Of a stretch of 40,620 bases of DNA, positions 1-8,949 are shown piece by piece. The stretch's first letter is position 1; the number at the start of each line of letters is the position of its first letter. The stretch is from IMG/VR virus record IMGVR_UViG_2563366828_000005; one strand, 5' to 3'. Under the pieces are notes generated by a model. The model saw only the letters and a program-made list of their open reading frames with translations. It was not told where the DNA came from and searched no databases. This DNA is from a virus (lineage: Duplodnaviria > Heunggongvirae > Uroviricota > Caudoviricetes). The position numbers and the translations under genes were made by a program.

Positions 1-1284
1 TTACTTCTTCGCCTCTGCAACCACTTTGCTACCCACGCCGCGGTTATTGTATTCCCACATGCGGTTGTAGTTAGTGTCATTCAGATTGCGTTGTATTTCG
101 TCGTTATCATCAACGCTGCCGGTGTTACCCGCAAACGGACGATTAGAGATCACCGCATCAGCCCAGGGTTTGGCTGTGTTAAAACCTTCGTTGATGGCGC
201 TATCACGGATCACCACCTGACCGTTGGTATTGGCATCAACATCCAGCGAGCGACCCAGTTGCGCCACGCCATCACCGGAAGCATTGAAACGGCTGTTTAC
301 GGCGAGGAAACCGTAATAGATGTTAGACAGCGTAGCCGGTGCAAACACATACGCTTCTTGCTGAGTACGTGAGTTCACCACGCGGAATTCGGTGTTATCG
401 AACACCACTGCGCCGCGACCAGAAACGATATCCACATCCCCTTCAATGTAACTGTTGGTCACCAGAGTACGCGGCTGACGGTTGGTTTCCAGACGGTTTT
501 GCACACCACTGTTGGTGACAAAGAAGGTATTCTGACGACCGAGAATGTTGACGTTATTGATCTGCACTTTGTCACCATCAGTACGCAGTGCCACCGCCGG
601 ATGGTTACCCGCATCTACGCTATCGCCCAGCGTGTTTTCGATGGTCAGATTTTGCAGTTGCAGGCCATTGTTTTGTGACCAGAAGACCGCAGAGCAGAGA
701 ACACCGATACTGTCGCTGCGTTTGCTCTGGCAGCTATCGTACATATACCACGCTGGTTTACCTGGCATATATTTGCCGCGCGGGTTGACGTCGTGACGCC
801 AGTCGGCAGGGCTCATGCCCCCATCAAGGGAAAGCCCAATCTTCACATCAATCGGTTTTTCACCTGTACCGTACAGAGTAATTCCACCCGGAGCGGCAGG
901 GACATACACCGTTCCCTGATACTCACCAGGCATCACGGCAATATACTGGCGCTTGTTGGTGCGCTTGATAATTGCCGCATCTACCGCCGCCTGAATCGTG
1001 GTATGCGTTACACCTTGAGTACCCGCCGGGCCGACAACAAAGTCAGGTTGCGCAGGCAGGGTAATCGGGGAAGGATTCCACGCTGCCGCACCTGGTGTCA
1101 GGGATGCAAAATAGTGTTGAGCATCGAAATTCTGCGCTTCTTTTGCCGACAGAATCGGGCGAGAAGAGGTACCAGGCGCGGTTTGATCAGAAGGACGTTG
1201 ATCGGGCGGTGTTGAGCTACAGGCGGTCAGCGTCACGCCAAAAGCCAATGCCAGCGCCAGACGGGAAACTGAAAATGTGTTCAC
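1..1284 (-). CDS. ybhC: YbhC-like outer-membrane lipoprotein (pectinesterase/acyl-CoA thioesterase family), host gene flanking attB-lambda
   Basis: 427-aa ORF with signal peptide and lipobox (LTAC); recognised from memory as the chromosomal gene next to the lambda attachment site; sits immediately outside the att core. Confidence 0.8.
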   Translation of the reverse strand: MNTFSVSRLALALAFGVTLTACSSTPPDQRPSDQTAPGTSSRPILSAKEAQNFDAQHYFASLTPGAAAWNPSPITLPAQPDFVVGPAGTQGVTHTTIQAAVDAAIIKRTNKRQYIAVMPGEYQGTVYVPAAPGGITLYGTGEKPIDVKIGLSLDGGMSPADWRHDVNPRGKYMPGKPAWYMYDSCQSKRSDSIGVLCSAVFWSQNNGLQLQNLTIENTLGDSVDAGNHPAVALRTDGDKVQINNVNILGRQNTFFVTNSGVQNRLETNRQPRTLVTNSYIEGDVDIVSGRGAVVFDNTEFRVVNSRTQQEAYVFAPATLSNIYYGFLAVNSRFNASGDGVAQLGRSLDVDANTNGQVVIRDSAINEGFNTAKPWADAVISNRPFAGNTGSVDDNDEIQRNLNDTNYNRMWEYNNRGVGSKVVAEAKK

Positions 1285-1320
1285 AGGTTGCTCCGGGCTA
1301 TGAAATAGAAAAATGAATCC

Positions 1321-1418
1321 GTTGAAGCCTGCTTTTTTATACTAAGTTGGCATTATAAAAAAGCATTGCTTATCAATTTGTTGCAACGAACAGGTCACTA
1401 TCAGTCAAAATAAAATCA
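1321..1418. other. attL: Prophage attL: bacterial B arm, 15-bp lambda att core GCTTTTTTATACTAA (1331-1345), phage P-prime arm
   Basis: Exact lambda core sequence at 1331-1345; upstream gttgaagcct matches the attB B arm; downstream AT-rich arm matches lambda P-prime arm and abuts int. Confidence 0.85.
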
Positions 1419-2489
1419 TTATTTGATTTCAATTTTGTCCCACTCCCTGCCTCTGTCATCACGATACTGTGATGCCATGGTGTCCGACTTATGCCCGAGA
1501 AGATGTTGAGCAAACTTATCGCTTATCTGCTTCTCATAGAGTCTTGCAGACAAACTGCGCAACTCGTGAAAGGTAGGCGGATCCCCTTCGAAGGAAAGAC
1601 CTGATGCTTTTCGTGCGCGCATAAAATACCTTGATACTGTGCCGGATGAAAGCGGTTCGCGACGAGTAGATGCAATTATGGTTTCTCCGCCAAGAATCTC
1701 TTTGCATTTATCAAGTGTTTCCTTCATTGATATTCCGAGAGCATCAACATGCAATGCTGTTGGGATGGCAATTTTTACGCCTGTTTTGCTTTGCTCGACA
1801 TAAAGATATCCATCTACGATATCAGACCACTTCATTTCGCATAAATCACCAACTCGCTGCCCGGTAACAACAGCCAGTTCCATTGCAAGTCTAAGCCAAC
1901 ATGGTGATGATTCTGCTGCTTGATAAATTTTCAGGTATTCGTCAGCCGTAAGTCTTGATCTCCTTACCTCTGATTTTGCTGCGCGAGTGGCAGCGACCGG
2001 GTTTGTTGTTATATGGCCTTCAGCTATTGCCTCTCGGAATGCATCGCTCAGTGTTGATCTGATTAACTTGGCTGACGCCGCCTTGCCCTCGTCTATGTAT
2101 CCATTGAGCATTGCTGCAATTTCTTTTGTGGTGATGTCTTCAAGTGGAACATCAGGTAGCCCCCTCCTTATTGCTTTAATTTTGCTCATGTAATTTATAA
2201 GTGTCTTCTGCTTGATTCCTCTGCTGGCGAGGATTTTTTCGTAGCGATCAAGCCATGAATGTAACGTAACAGAATTATCACTGTTGATTCTCGCTGTCAG
2301 AGGCTTGTGTTTGTGTCCTGAAAATAACTCAATGTTTGCCTGTATTGCTTCAGTAATTGCTATCCTCCTGTCTCTGCCTAATCCGAACTCTTTACCCGTC
2401 CTTGGGTCCCTGTAGCAGTAATATCCATTGTTTCTTATATAAAGGTTAGGGGGTAAATCCCGGCGCTCATGACTTCGCCTTCTTCCCAT
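1419..2489 (-). CDS. int: Tyrosine integrase, lambda Int type
   Basis: 356-aa ORF starting MGRRRSHERRDLPPNLYIRNNGYYCYRDP, recognised as lambda Int; adjacent to att core. Confidence 0.95.
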   Translation of the reverse strand: MGRRRSHERRDLPPNLYIRNNGYYCYRDPRTGKEFGLGRDRRIAITEAIQANIELFSGHKHKPLTARINSDNSVTLHSWLDRYEKILASRGIKQKTLINYMSKIKAIRRGLPDVPLEDITTKEIAAMLNGYIDEGKAASAKLIRSTLSDAFREAIAEGHITTNPVAATRAAKSEVRRSRLTADEYLKIYQAAESSPCWLRLAMELAVVTGQRVGDLCEMKWSDIVDGYLYVEQSKTGVKIAIPTALHVDALGISMKETLDKCKEILGGETIIASTRREPLSSGTVSRYFMRARKASGLSFEGDPPTFHELRSLSARLYEKQISDKFAQHLLGHKSDTMASQYRDDRGREWDKIEIK

Positions 2490-2685
2490 TTCTGATCCTC
2501 TTCAAAAGGCTACCTGTTACTGGTCGATTTAAGTCAACCTTTACCGCTGATTCGTGGAACAGATACTCTCTTCCATCCTTAACCGGAGGAGGGAATATCC
2601 TGCATTCGCGCACCCATCGACGAACTGTTTCAAGGCTTCTTGGGCGTCGCTGGCGAGCGTTCCACTCCTGAAGTGTCAAGTACAT
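2467..2685 (-). CDS. xis: Excisionase Xis
   Basis: 72-aa product MYLTLQEWNARQRRPRSLETVRRWVRECRIFPPP = lambda Xis; overlaps int start as in lambda; the longer ORF in the track is an upstream in-frame extension. Confidence 0.9.
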   Translation of the reverse strand: MYLTLQEWNARQRRPRSLETVRRWVRECRIFPPPVKDGREYLFHESAVKVDLNRPVTGSLLKRIRNGKKAKS

Positions 2686-2799
2686 CGCAAAGTCTCCGCA
2701 ATTACACGCAAGAAAAAGCCGCATTGATGCGGCGATGGTAGGTCTGGATATCATTGAGCAATGAACAGGCCTCATCGAGTGTGAGGCTGTATGGCTCTA

Positions 2800-3144
2800 T
2801 TATTTCACCTCTTGTTGTGACATTGTTGAAAAATGGATACCAGCTCGTTGCTGCCAGATGATCCAACCGAGAGTCATATCCCATGCCATGTATTCGTTAT
2901 CGCCGTTTTTTGCTCTCCGACGATCGACTGTTTTACCGAAACGCTTTTCCATAAATAATTCATAGGCTGCGCGTTCATCTGGCTCAACTTCCAGAGATGC
3001 CAGTGCAATCCGTGCCAGTTCTAAATCATTTTCAAGCTCAGCGCGAATCTCAGCGAATGCACTCTGTGTTAAGGCGAACTCAATGCTCTGCACTTTATTC
3101 CGTGCGCGCTCAAGCAGTGCATGGTAGTTAATTTCGGTTGTCAT
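2800..3144 (-). CDS. Hypothetical early-left protein (114 aa)
   Basis: ORF whose start overlaps the stop of the upstream PAPS-reductase-like gene (ATGA-style coupling); no family recognised. Confidence 0.5.
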   Translation of the reverse strand: MTTEINYHALLERARNKVQSIEFALTQSAFAEIRAELENDLELARIALASLEVEPDERAAYELFMEKRFGKTVDRRRAKNGDNEYMAWDMTLGWIIWQQRAGIHFSTMSQQEVK

Positions 3145-4019
3145 ACCCCTACCTCTTCGAATTCCAATTCCAATTGATCACCCCAGATTTCACATGACTC
3201 TGAACACGAGCCGGTATCGAATCGCCTGGCCTGTACCATCGCCTGATACAAATTTCTGTAGTCGCTGTTGGCAGACATTCTGGCAATTCCGTCAAGCGTC
3301 AGGTGACCACGGTACATAATGTCTTTACCTGTTCTGCGATGACCATCCCTGACGTGTTTGCCTGTAACCAGCTCATTAAAAACTCGCATCAGACCTGGTT
3401 CGTCTTTACATGCAAGCCCCAGCTTTTGCGTTGACTTTTTGATGCAGAAAACACAGTTCCCGAGATGCTCCGGGATTTGCAAATCAAAAGGTTGTTTTCG
3501 CCACCACCGGATAACATCCGACTTATCAAAATCTGACAGCTCGGCAAGATACCGGACGCCCGATTTCGGTTTCAGCCTACGGGGTTCGTCTGCACGAATA
3601 CCCAGCCATGTGATGTAATTACCTCGCCCGAAATGGTTATCGCAGTATTTCGTGAAAGGGATGAGTTTTAGCCTGTCAGTACAGAACGCGCCGCCGATGT
3701 ATGGCGTGCCGTACTTTTTAACCATGTCCATAAACGGTTTAAGCACCGGCATTCGTGTCTGAATATCCGTTGGCTCCCATTCTGTATAACCATTTGGCTG
3801 CCCAAGCTCAGGATTTATATCGACCTGTAACACAGTTAGTGGTATGTCCCAGAACTTCACAACCTCCCGGATAAAGCGGTATGTCAGCGGATGTTCGCAA
3901 CCGGTATCCATAAAGATGTAGCAGACGTTATTGCCAGCCTTTCTTTGTTCTTCCATCAGGTGAACAAGATATGCGGATGTTCTCCCGCCAGAAAAACTAA
4001 CTACATGAGTTATGCACAT
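3141..4019 (-). CDS. PAPS reductase-like / PP-loop ATP pyrophosphatase superfamily protein
   Basis: 292-aa ORF with N-terminal SFSGGRTS PP-loop-like motif and a C-terminal Cys cluster (CVFC, CSESC); family call by motif only. Confidence 0.7.
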   Translation of the reverse strand: MCITHVVSFSGGRTSAYLVHLMEEQRKAGNNVCYIFMDTGCEHPLTYRFIREVVKFWDIPLTVLQVDINPELGQPNGYTEWEPTDIQTRMPVLKPFMDMVKKYGTPYIGGAFCTDRLKLIPFTKYCDNHFGRGNYITWLGIRADEPRRLKPKSGVRYLAELSDFDKSDVIRWWRKQPFDLQIPEHLGNCVFCIKKSTQKLGLACKDEPGLMRVFNELVTGKHVRDGHRRTGKDIMYRGHLTLDGIARMSANSDYRNLYQAMVQARRFDTGSCSESCEIWGDQLELEFEEVGV

Positions 4020-4546
4020 TTGCGTAATTCCGATAACTCGTTGAAGCGTTCCATAAACATCCCGTAGGCATGGCCCGGTGCCAGTGGAATAACTTTGAAC
4101 ATCTCTGTTGCCGGGATACCTTCCAGTACTGGCCAGAAAGAGCCATCATCAAGCCCGAGATCGCGGCGTTCAGTTGCCAGCATGATGAGATCGGCATATT
4201 TCACGGGTGTACTCATAACTGGGGGTAACCCGTATTTCTCACGGATTACGGCGTCTATTTTTTCTTCCATCCGTTTATAGTCAGGAAGAAGGCGTTTCAG
4301 TGGCGCCGGGATGTCCTGGCAATACGCTTCTGTTGCATCATGCATTAACGCTTCAAAAGCAAATTCCTGCGGCACCAGTTGGCTGCAAAGCACCGCATGT
4401 TGGGCGACGCTGTAGAAATGTGAAAGATGTCCTGCAAAGCGACAGATATTTGAAAGGGAAACCGCGATATCGTTAATAACGATGTCGTCTTGATTTATCT
4501 TGTCATAATAAAAATGCTTCCCGGAAAAAGTTTTAATAAATGACAT
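4010..4546 (-). CDS. HD-domain phosphohydrolase (YfdR-like 5'-deoxynucleotidase family)
   Basis: 178 aa from MSFIKTF; H..HD metal-binding motif (SHFYSVAQHAV, LMHDATEAY); the upstream in-frame extension in the track is probably not translated. Confidence 0.7.
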   Translation of the reverse strand: MSFIKTFSGKHFYYDKINQDDIVINDIAVSLSNICRFAGHLSHFYSVAQHAVLCSQLVPQEFAFEALMHDATEAYCQDIPAPLKRLLPDYKRMEEKIDAVIREKYGLPPVMSTPVKYADLIMLATERRDLGLDDGSFWPVLEGIPATEMFKVIPLAPGHAYGMFMERFNELSELRKCA

Positions 4547-4673
4547 TTTGTTCTCCACGTATATGCGCTGCACCGCGCTGAATTCTGGTAAAAGGAAGTC
4601 CTCACCATCCGGCGATTATTGAGTTAATTACGTTTCCATAAATTCCCCCGCAGGGGCATTTGCAGTAATGAAA

Positions 4674-5498
4674 TCAGGCGGTGAAAGTACCAATAAAGGT
4701 TTCTACTTTGCTGTCTTTGAATTTCTCAACAAGCAGATCACGAAATTCGTTAGCCATTTCTTCCTGCACCGCTTCCAGCTGAATAATGCGCAGAACCAGT
4801 ACAGGACGATCGCCAGTGATAATGCTGAGGCGTAATTTAAATGGACGTTCTTTCAGGCCTTCAAACGGAACGCATTTAAATTCAAATGCCACTGGCATAA
4901 TGTCTTTGGTCTTCGCTTCGACAGACTCCATCAGGGAGCGTTTGCCGCTGAAGTCATTATCTTCAAAATCAGCGGTCTGGTTCGCTTCAATTGTGATTTT
5001 ACGGATAGCCGCCGCCGCTTTGGTTGCCTGAATGGCGTCACCATTAGCATCAAAGCCCACAAGGTAGTCGGCCCAGTCTTCAATCCATTCTGCCAGTGAT
5101 TTCTGGGAGTTACGCTCGCCATTAACAGACAACAGAGCAGAGAACGGTGCTGTCTTTTTCAGTTTGAGAGTGGCGGTGTTATCTGCGTGACCTGGTTCAT
5201 CAATAGTACCCAGGTTAAGCACACTGACGGCACGCATATTATCAGCATCGATAAAGCAGCGGGTGCCTTCATCTGCAAGATCTTTAGAATAACGGGTAAA
5301 GTCATCGATGCTGGCAGTGGAAAGCGCACCACGGAAACGGAAGCGATTTAAATTAAATTTTTCCAGATCATGAATGCGGAAATTCTCAGGCAATGCCACA
5401 GCATCGGCACCAATCTTACTGATAATTTCATTAACACCCTGAGCAGAAATAAGGGCATGGATTTGATTAATTGCGGTTGCGTCTAAGTTCTGAGACAT
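4674..5498 (-). CDS. DUF2303 (YfdQ-like) family phage protein
   Basis: 274-aa ORF; size and gene order (120-aa, 274-aa, 178-aa HD, PP-loop protein) resemble the yfdP-yfdT block of E. coli CPS-53 as recalled; not verified. Confidence 0.5.
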   Translation of the reverse strand: MSQNLDATAINQIHALISAQGVNEIISKIGADAVALPENFRIHDLEKFNLNRFRFRGALSTASIDDFTRYSKDLADEGTRCFIDADNMRAVSVLNLGTIDEPGHADNTATLKLKKTAPFSALLSVNGERNSQKSLAEWIEDWADYLVGFDANGDAIQATKAAAAIRKITIEANQTADFEDNDFSGKRSLMESVEAKTKDIMPVAFEFKCVPFEGLKERPFKLRLSIITGDRPVLVLRIIQLEAVQEEMANEFRDLLVEKFKDSKVETFIGTFTA

Positions 5499-5563
5499 AA
5501 TAAGTCCTCACTATATAAAGATATTCAGTGATGAGATAAATAATCGGTTAATTAAGAACGATA

Positions 5564-5926
5564 TTAATGACCTGCTGCGCGGAGTTTTCCGTCAGGTTCA
5601 CCGGCAAGAGTCAGTAATTGTCCCTGGTCTTCCTGCAGAATAGTCAGGCGACCACCGCGATTGACATACATCGGCGTTTCGGTGGTGTCTTCTTCGGAAA
5701 TTTTCCCGCGGTTAGTCGGGCGAACATATGAGAGTTTGTGTTTGATTTTCACACGGTTCTCATCAAATGGTTCGATTTCCAGGTTGAGTGAGACCTTACC
5801 TTTGGTTTTCGTGTTCATCACACCGGAAGCGACTTCACTGAGAACTGCGCCGATTTTGGTTTCAAATACGCCGCCGTCCAGCTCCCCGATAAATGCCTGC
5901 ACATCAGTACTGCGTTCGCTAGCCAT
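5564..5926 (-). CDS. Hypothetical early-left protein (120 aa)
   Basis: Start chosen at ATG (MASERSTDVQ) preceded by GGAG about 9 nt upstream; the 226-aa ORF in the track extends into a GC-rich non-coding stretch and is probably too long. Confidence 0.5.
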   Translation of the reverse strand: MASERSTDVQAFIGELDGGVFETKIGAVLSEVASGVMNTKTKGKVSLNLEIEPFDENRVKIKHKLSYVRPTNRGKISEEDTTETPMYVNRGGRLTILQEDQGQLLTLAGEPDGKLRAAGH

Positions 5927-5949
5927 TTTGCTGCTCCTCATCATATCGA

Positions 5950-6390
5950 CCCTGCAAGGTCGGTTAGTTTCTCCACAAAACAGAGAAGAACACCTGCGGT
6001 GACTGCCGCCCGGATGGATTGGGTTATGAGCCCGTCGTCCGGTGATGCTCTTCTCTGTTTTGTAAAAAGGACGGTACCAGCCGGAAGCAAGGGTACAAAC
6101 TGGTACCGCCAGGACTACACACAGCATAAAGTTGTGGTGCCGGGTGCCTCCCGGTGCCTGGCGAAGGTTGCACACCAGGCGGGTGGGTATCCACAGAAGG
6201 TCGACTGTCAGCCTCAACCTTAACCCGCGTGCGCTGAGCCGCATTCACCACAACGCTAAGGATTCTCTCTGGTTGAAAATACTTAGCTGTTATGTGCCTG
6301 CTTTTAGCCACATCAGGCGAGGTGGACCTGGTTATTCCCCAACAACAAGGATTCGGTTAATCTGGTTATCCCCAACAACGCAAAAGGAAA
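5950..6390. other. GC-rich, highly structured non-coding stretch (candidate ncRNA or regulatory element)
   Basis: No convincing ORF; 15-bp perfect inverted repeat ACAAAACAGAGAAGA (5975-5990 / 6049-6063), GGTACCAG/CTGGTACC inverted repeat, tandem GGTTATyCCCCAACAAC motif (6340-6380). Confidence 0.3.
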
Positions 6391-6394
6391 AGAA

Positions 6395-6829
6395 ATGTCC
6401 GGTAATATCTATACGCTGTACAAATCCCACTGTGAAAATGTTGGAAAGTATCGGGGCATTGAAATCAGTGGGGTAGTGTCATCAGTCGAAATAAGCAAAG
6501 TTGAATCAAGGGCAACATTACTTACTCTTCTGGACCTTGTCTTAAATGAGCACCGGAAGAAATTCGGCACACCCTATAATCAGTTGAATGGGAAAAAGGC
6601 TCTGGTTCACCTTATTCTGATGAAGCATCACTGGATGCCAAAACAGATTAATGAGATGAAATTTGATGAACTTCTTCTTTCAATTCAGGATGAACTCACG
6701 CTTGATAAAATAAGTGTAACCGCCCAGAAATTTTTAGATTATCGAGACTGGAGATCACAAATTCATCACTTTGATGATTTTGACGAAAATGAATGGGATC
6801 CTAATTTGTCTGCACAATATCTAAAGTAA
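6395..6829 (+). CDS. Hypothetical 144-aa protein, AT-rich moron on the strand opposite the early-left operon
   Basis: Clean ORF with AAGGA about 10 nt upstream; AT-rich versus flanks; hairpin plus T-run terminator downstream on the same strand. Confidence 0.55.
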   Translation: MSGNIYTLYKSHCENVGKYRGIEISGVVSSVEISKVESRATLLTLLDLVLNEHRKKFGTPYNQLNGKKALVHLILMKHHWMPKQINEMKFDELLLSIQDELTLDKISVTAQKFLDYRDWRSQIHHFDDFDENEWDPNLSAQYLK

Positions 6830-7007
6830 CATCCTGTGATAAAACCGTGATTTCCTGATCCAGTTTTTTTAAGGAGTCTATTGTTTCCTGTCGATAAGAC
6901 AGCACTTCACGAAGCTGGTTTATAGCTGCCAGCTTCTTTGTCATCCACTCATAAATTTCCTCATCTGTGTAGCCAGGCGCGACGATTTTTGGTTCTGTTT
7001 TGTGCAT
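6801..7007 (-). CDS. Hypothetical 68-aa protein, first ORF downstream of the putative PL
   Basis: ATG (MHKTEPKIV) preceded by GAGGAGG at 6-nt spacing; 3' end overlaps the convergent 144-aa gene by 29 nt. Confidence 0.45.
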   Translation of the reverse strand: MHKTEPKIVAPGYTDEEIYEWMTKKLAAINQLREVLSYRQETIDSLKKLDQEITVLSQDVTLDIVQTN

Positions 7008-7064
7008 TTCACACCTCCTCAAGTTATCAGTTACTTGTTGATGGGGACCAGATTGTTAAAGAGC

Positions 7065-7090
7065 GAAGCGTCCTATAGGGCGCTTTTTTT
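7065..7090 (+). terminator. Intrinsic terminator, plus strand
   Basis: Stem AAGCGTCC / GGGCGCTT with TATA loop followed by TTTTTT. Confidence 0.45.
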
Positions 7091-7263
7091 GTTGCTAACG
7101 AATCATCCGGTCATTCATACGCCACCGGCGGCTACTTCGTGGGCGTCCTGCCTGTTCGTTTTTGACATTTACTGACCTCTTACGACACATGCACCGTGCA
7201 CCGTGTTGCAACCAGATTTTGTTGTAATCCTGTAGTTGGTCTGGAACAAAAGATAAAATTAAA

Positions 7264-7300
7264 TTGCGAGATATGCAAGTAATATTTGCGAAATATGCAA
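7264..7300. promoter_or_regulatory. Putative OL operators / PL region
   Basis: Two 15-bp sites TTGCGAGATATGCAA and TTGCGAAATATGCAA 7 bp apart; same TTGCG-type motif recurs in the cI-cro intergenic region. Confidence 0.45.
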
Positions 7301-7310
7301 AACGGTGGGT

Positions 7311-7334
7311 AATAAAAAGCCACCTTTCGGTGGC
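7311..7334 (-). terminator. Intrinsic terminator downstream of cI
   Basis: On the minus strand: stem GCCACC / GGTGGC followed by a U-rich tract, 20 nt past the cI stop. Confidence 0.5.
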
Positions 7335-7354
7335 CGATGGATGGGATATTGAGG

Positions 7355-8047
7355 TTAATTATGTCTCTTAAGGGTTTGCGACTGACTGATTAAGACCTTT
7401 CCAAAGACCATAAATCGGTGTTCGTTTTCGCTAGTAATTCCCCATTCACGGTAAATCTGGTTATCAGAAATCACCAGCAGTTTGTCAGGAATCATTTGAA
7501 GTCTTTTAACGTATATTTTGTCATCAAAACCAAAGACATATATACCATCACCATCAAACTGATTGATGCTGACATCAACGAAGATGAGATCTCCTGGCTC
7601 AATGGTTGGACACATACTGTCCCCACGAACGTTGATAACTTTGATGTGATTGGCTGGTCGTCCGCCGAACATTGATACAGCATTATCAGTTCTGTATTCG
7701 ATGGCATGAATCACATCAATGACATCACCGCCCTGGATAAGGCCATTTCCCGCACTGGCACTGATATCCAGCATTTCAATACGGAACACATCCTTCACCT
7801 GCGCAACATCCTCATTATTACTGTTTTTATATACAGTATTACTTTTGAGGGCAGAGGTAAAGAGATCAGCAATATCAACACCTAAGCTCTTGGCAATATT
7901 ACTCAGTGTTTGTTCGGTAAATTGTTTTTGCTTACCCGTTTCTAAGCGCGAGATGTTCGCCGCATCTACTCCTATTGCTTCAGCGAGATCGGCGATTTTC
8001 ATGTTCTTCGCTTGGCGAAGTTGTCTGACTCGGTTTCCTATGTTCAT
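7355..8047 (-). CDS. cI: CI-type prophage repressor (HTH_XRE N-terminal domain, S24 LexA-like peptidase C-terminal domain)
   Basis: 230-aa ORF; N-terminal HTH (QLRQAKNMKIADLAEAIGVDAANISRLETG), C-terminal GDSMCPTIEPGDLIFVD autocleavage-type motif; divergent from a cro-like gene. Confidence 0.85.
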   Translation of the reverse strand: MNIGNRVRQLRQAKNMKIADLAEAIGVDAANISRLETGKQKQFTEQTLSNIAKSLGVDIADLFTSALKSNTVYKNSNNEDVAQVKDVFRIEMLDISASAGNGLIQGGDVIDVIHAIEYRTDNAVSMFGGRPANHIKVINVRGDSMCPTIEPGDLIFVDVSINQFDGDGIYVFGFDDKIYVKRLQMIPDKLLVISDNQIYREWGITSENEHRFMVFGKVLISQSQTLKRHN

Positions 8048-8144
8048 GCGTTTATTACATTTCTTTATTGCGTGATAAGCAAATCAACTTGCGCAAAATA
8101 ATTGCGTGAAATAACATGCATAACGCGCAATATTTGGAGGGTAT
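8048..8144. promoter_or_regulatory. OR / PRM-PR divergent promoter-operator region
   Basis: 97-bp AT-rich intergenic region between divergent cI and cro-like genes with repeated TTGCG(T/C) motifs (e.g. TTGCGTGATAAGCAA at 8068-8082). Confidence 0.55.
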
Positions 8145-8405
8145 ATGCAATCACCATTACGAAATGTGCGTAAGGCGCATGGTTTCACTTTGCAGCATGT
8201 TGCTGCGGGTGTTCAAGTCAATCCAGCGACGTTGAGTCGTATTGAGAGGCTGGAGCAGATTCCATCTATCGAACTTGCAGAACGTTTAGCCAATTTTTTT
8301 AAGGGTGAAGTCAGCGAAATGCAGATTCTTTATCCGGCACGTTTTCAATCTAGCCAAAACCAGAATGGGTTTAAACCACAGGAACAGGAGGTAAGCCGTG
8401 GGTAA
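8145..8405 (+). CDS. Cro-like HTH transcriptional regulator
   Basis: 86-aa ORF with HTH (GFTLQHVAAGVQVNPATLSRIERLEQ); divergent from cI. Confidence 0.65.
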   Translation: MQSPLRNVRKAHGFTLQHVAAGVQVNPATLSRIERLEQIPSIELAERLANFFKGEVSEMQILYPARFQSSQNQNGFKPQEQEVSRG

Positions 8406-8949
8406 GCATCATTGGAAAGTGGAAAAACAACCTGAGTGGTACGTGAAAGCTGTCAGAAAAACTATCGCGGCATTGCCAGGGGGTTACGCTGAAGCTGCTG
8501 ACTGGCTGGATGTAACAGAGAACGCTTTATTCAACCGCCTTCGTGCAGATGGCGATCAGATTTTCCCGTTGGGATGGGCAATGGTTTTACAGCGTGCTGC
8601 TGGCAATCACCACATTGCGGATGCTGTCGCACAGTCTGCTGGTGGGGTGTTTGTATCACTTCCTGAAATTGAGGAAGTAGAGAACGCCGATATCAACCAG
8701 CGCCTGTTGGAGGTTATTGAACAGATCGGCAGTTATTCAAAACAGATTCGTTCAGCAATTGAAGACGGGGTGGTGGAACCACACGAGCAGGCAGCAATTA
8801 ACGACGAGCTGTACATGTCAATTTCGAAGCTGCAGGAGCATGCAGCACTGGTCTACAAAATCTTTTGCGCTCCAGAAAAGAGTGACGCCCGCGAGTGTGC
8901 AGCTCCGGGCGCCGTGGCGTTTTGTGTCTGTGGAGAAACTAACGCATGA
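8398..8949 (+). CDS. Hypothetical regulatory protein in the CII position (possibly YdaT-like)
   Basis: 183-aa ORF overlapping the cro-like stop; position matches cII / ydaT of lambdoid prophages; family not verified. Confidence 0.4.
   Translation: MGKHHWKVEKQPEWYVKAVRKTIAALPGGYAEAADWLDVTENALFNRLRADGDQIFPLGWAMVLQRAAGNHHIADAVAQSAGGVFVSLPEIEEVENADINQRLLEVIEQIGSYSKQIRSAIEDGVVEPHEQAAINDELYMSISKLQEHAALVYKIFCAPEKSDARECAAPGAVAFCVCGETNA

Noticed and set aside
1285-1330. tRNA gene at the integration site
   Set aside because: Integration is at the lambda attB core between protein-coding genes; no cloverleaf-like sequence is evident.
2702-2884. 60-aa minus-strand ORF between xis and the 114-aa gene
   Set aside because: It overlaps the 114-aa ORF by 85 nt in another frame with no clear ribosome-binding site; probably spurious.
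5564-6244. Full 226-aa ORF as called in the track
   Set aside because: Its N-terminal 106 codons run through the GC-rich structured region with odd composition; an internal ATG with GGAG upstream gives a plausible 120-aa protein.
6024-6476. ORFs 6024-6311 (-) and 6132-6476 (+) in the GC-rich region
   Set aside because: Mutually overlapping frames with Arg/Pro-rich composition typical of GC-rich non-coding sequence; no start signals.
5950-6829. Retron (structured ncRNA followed by a gene)
   Set aside because: The downstream protein is only 144 aa with no reverse-transcriptase motifs, and the long inverted repeat spans 58 nt rather than flanking an msr-msd unit.
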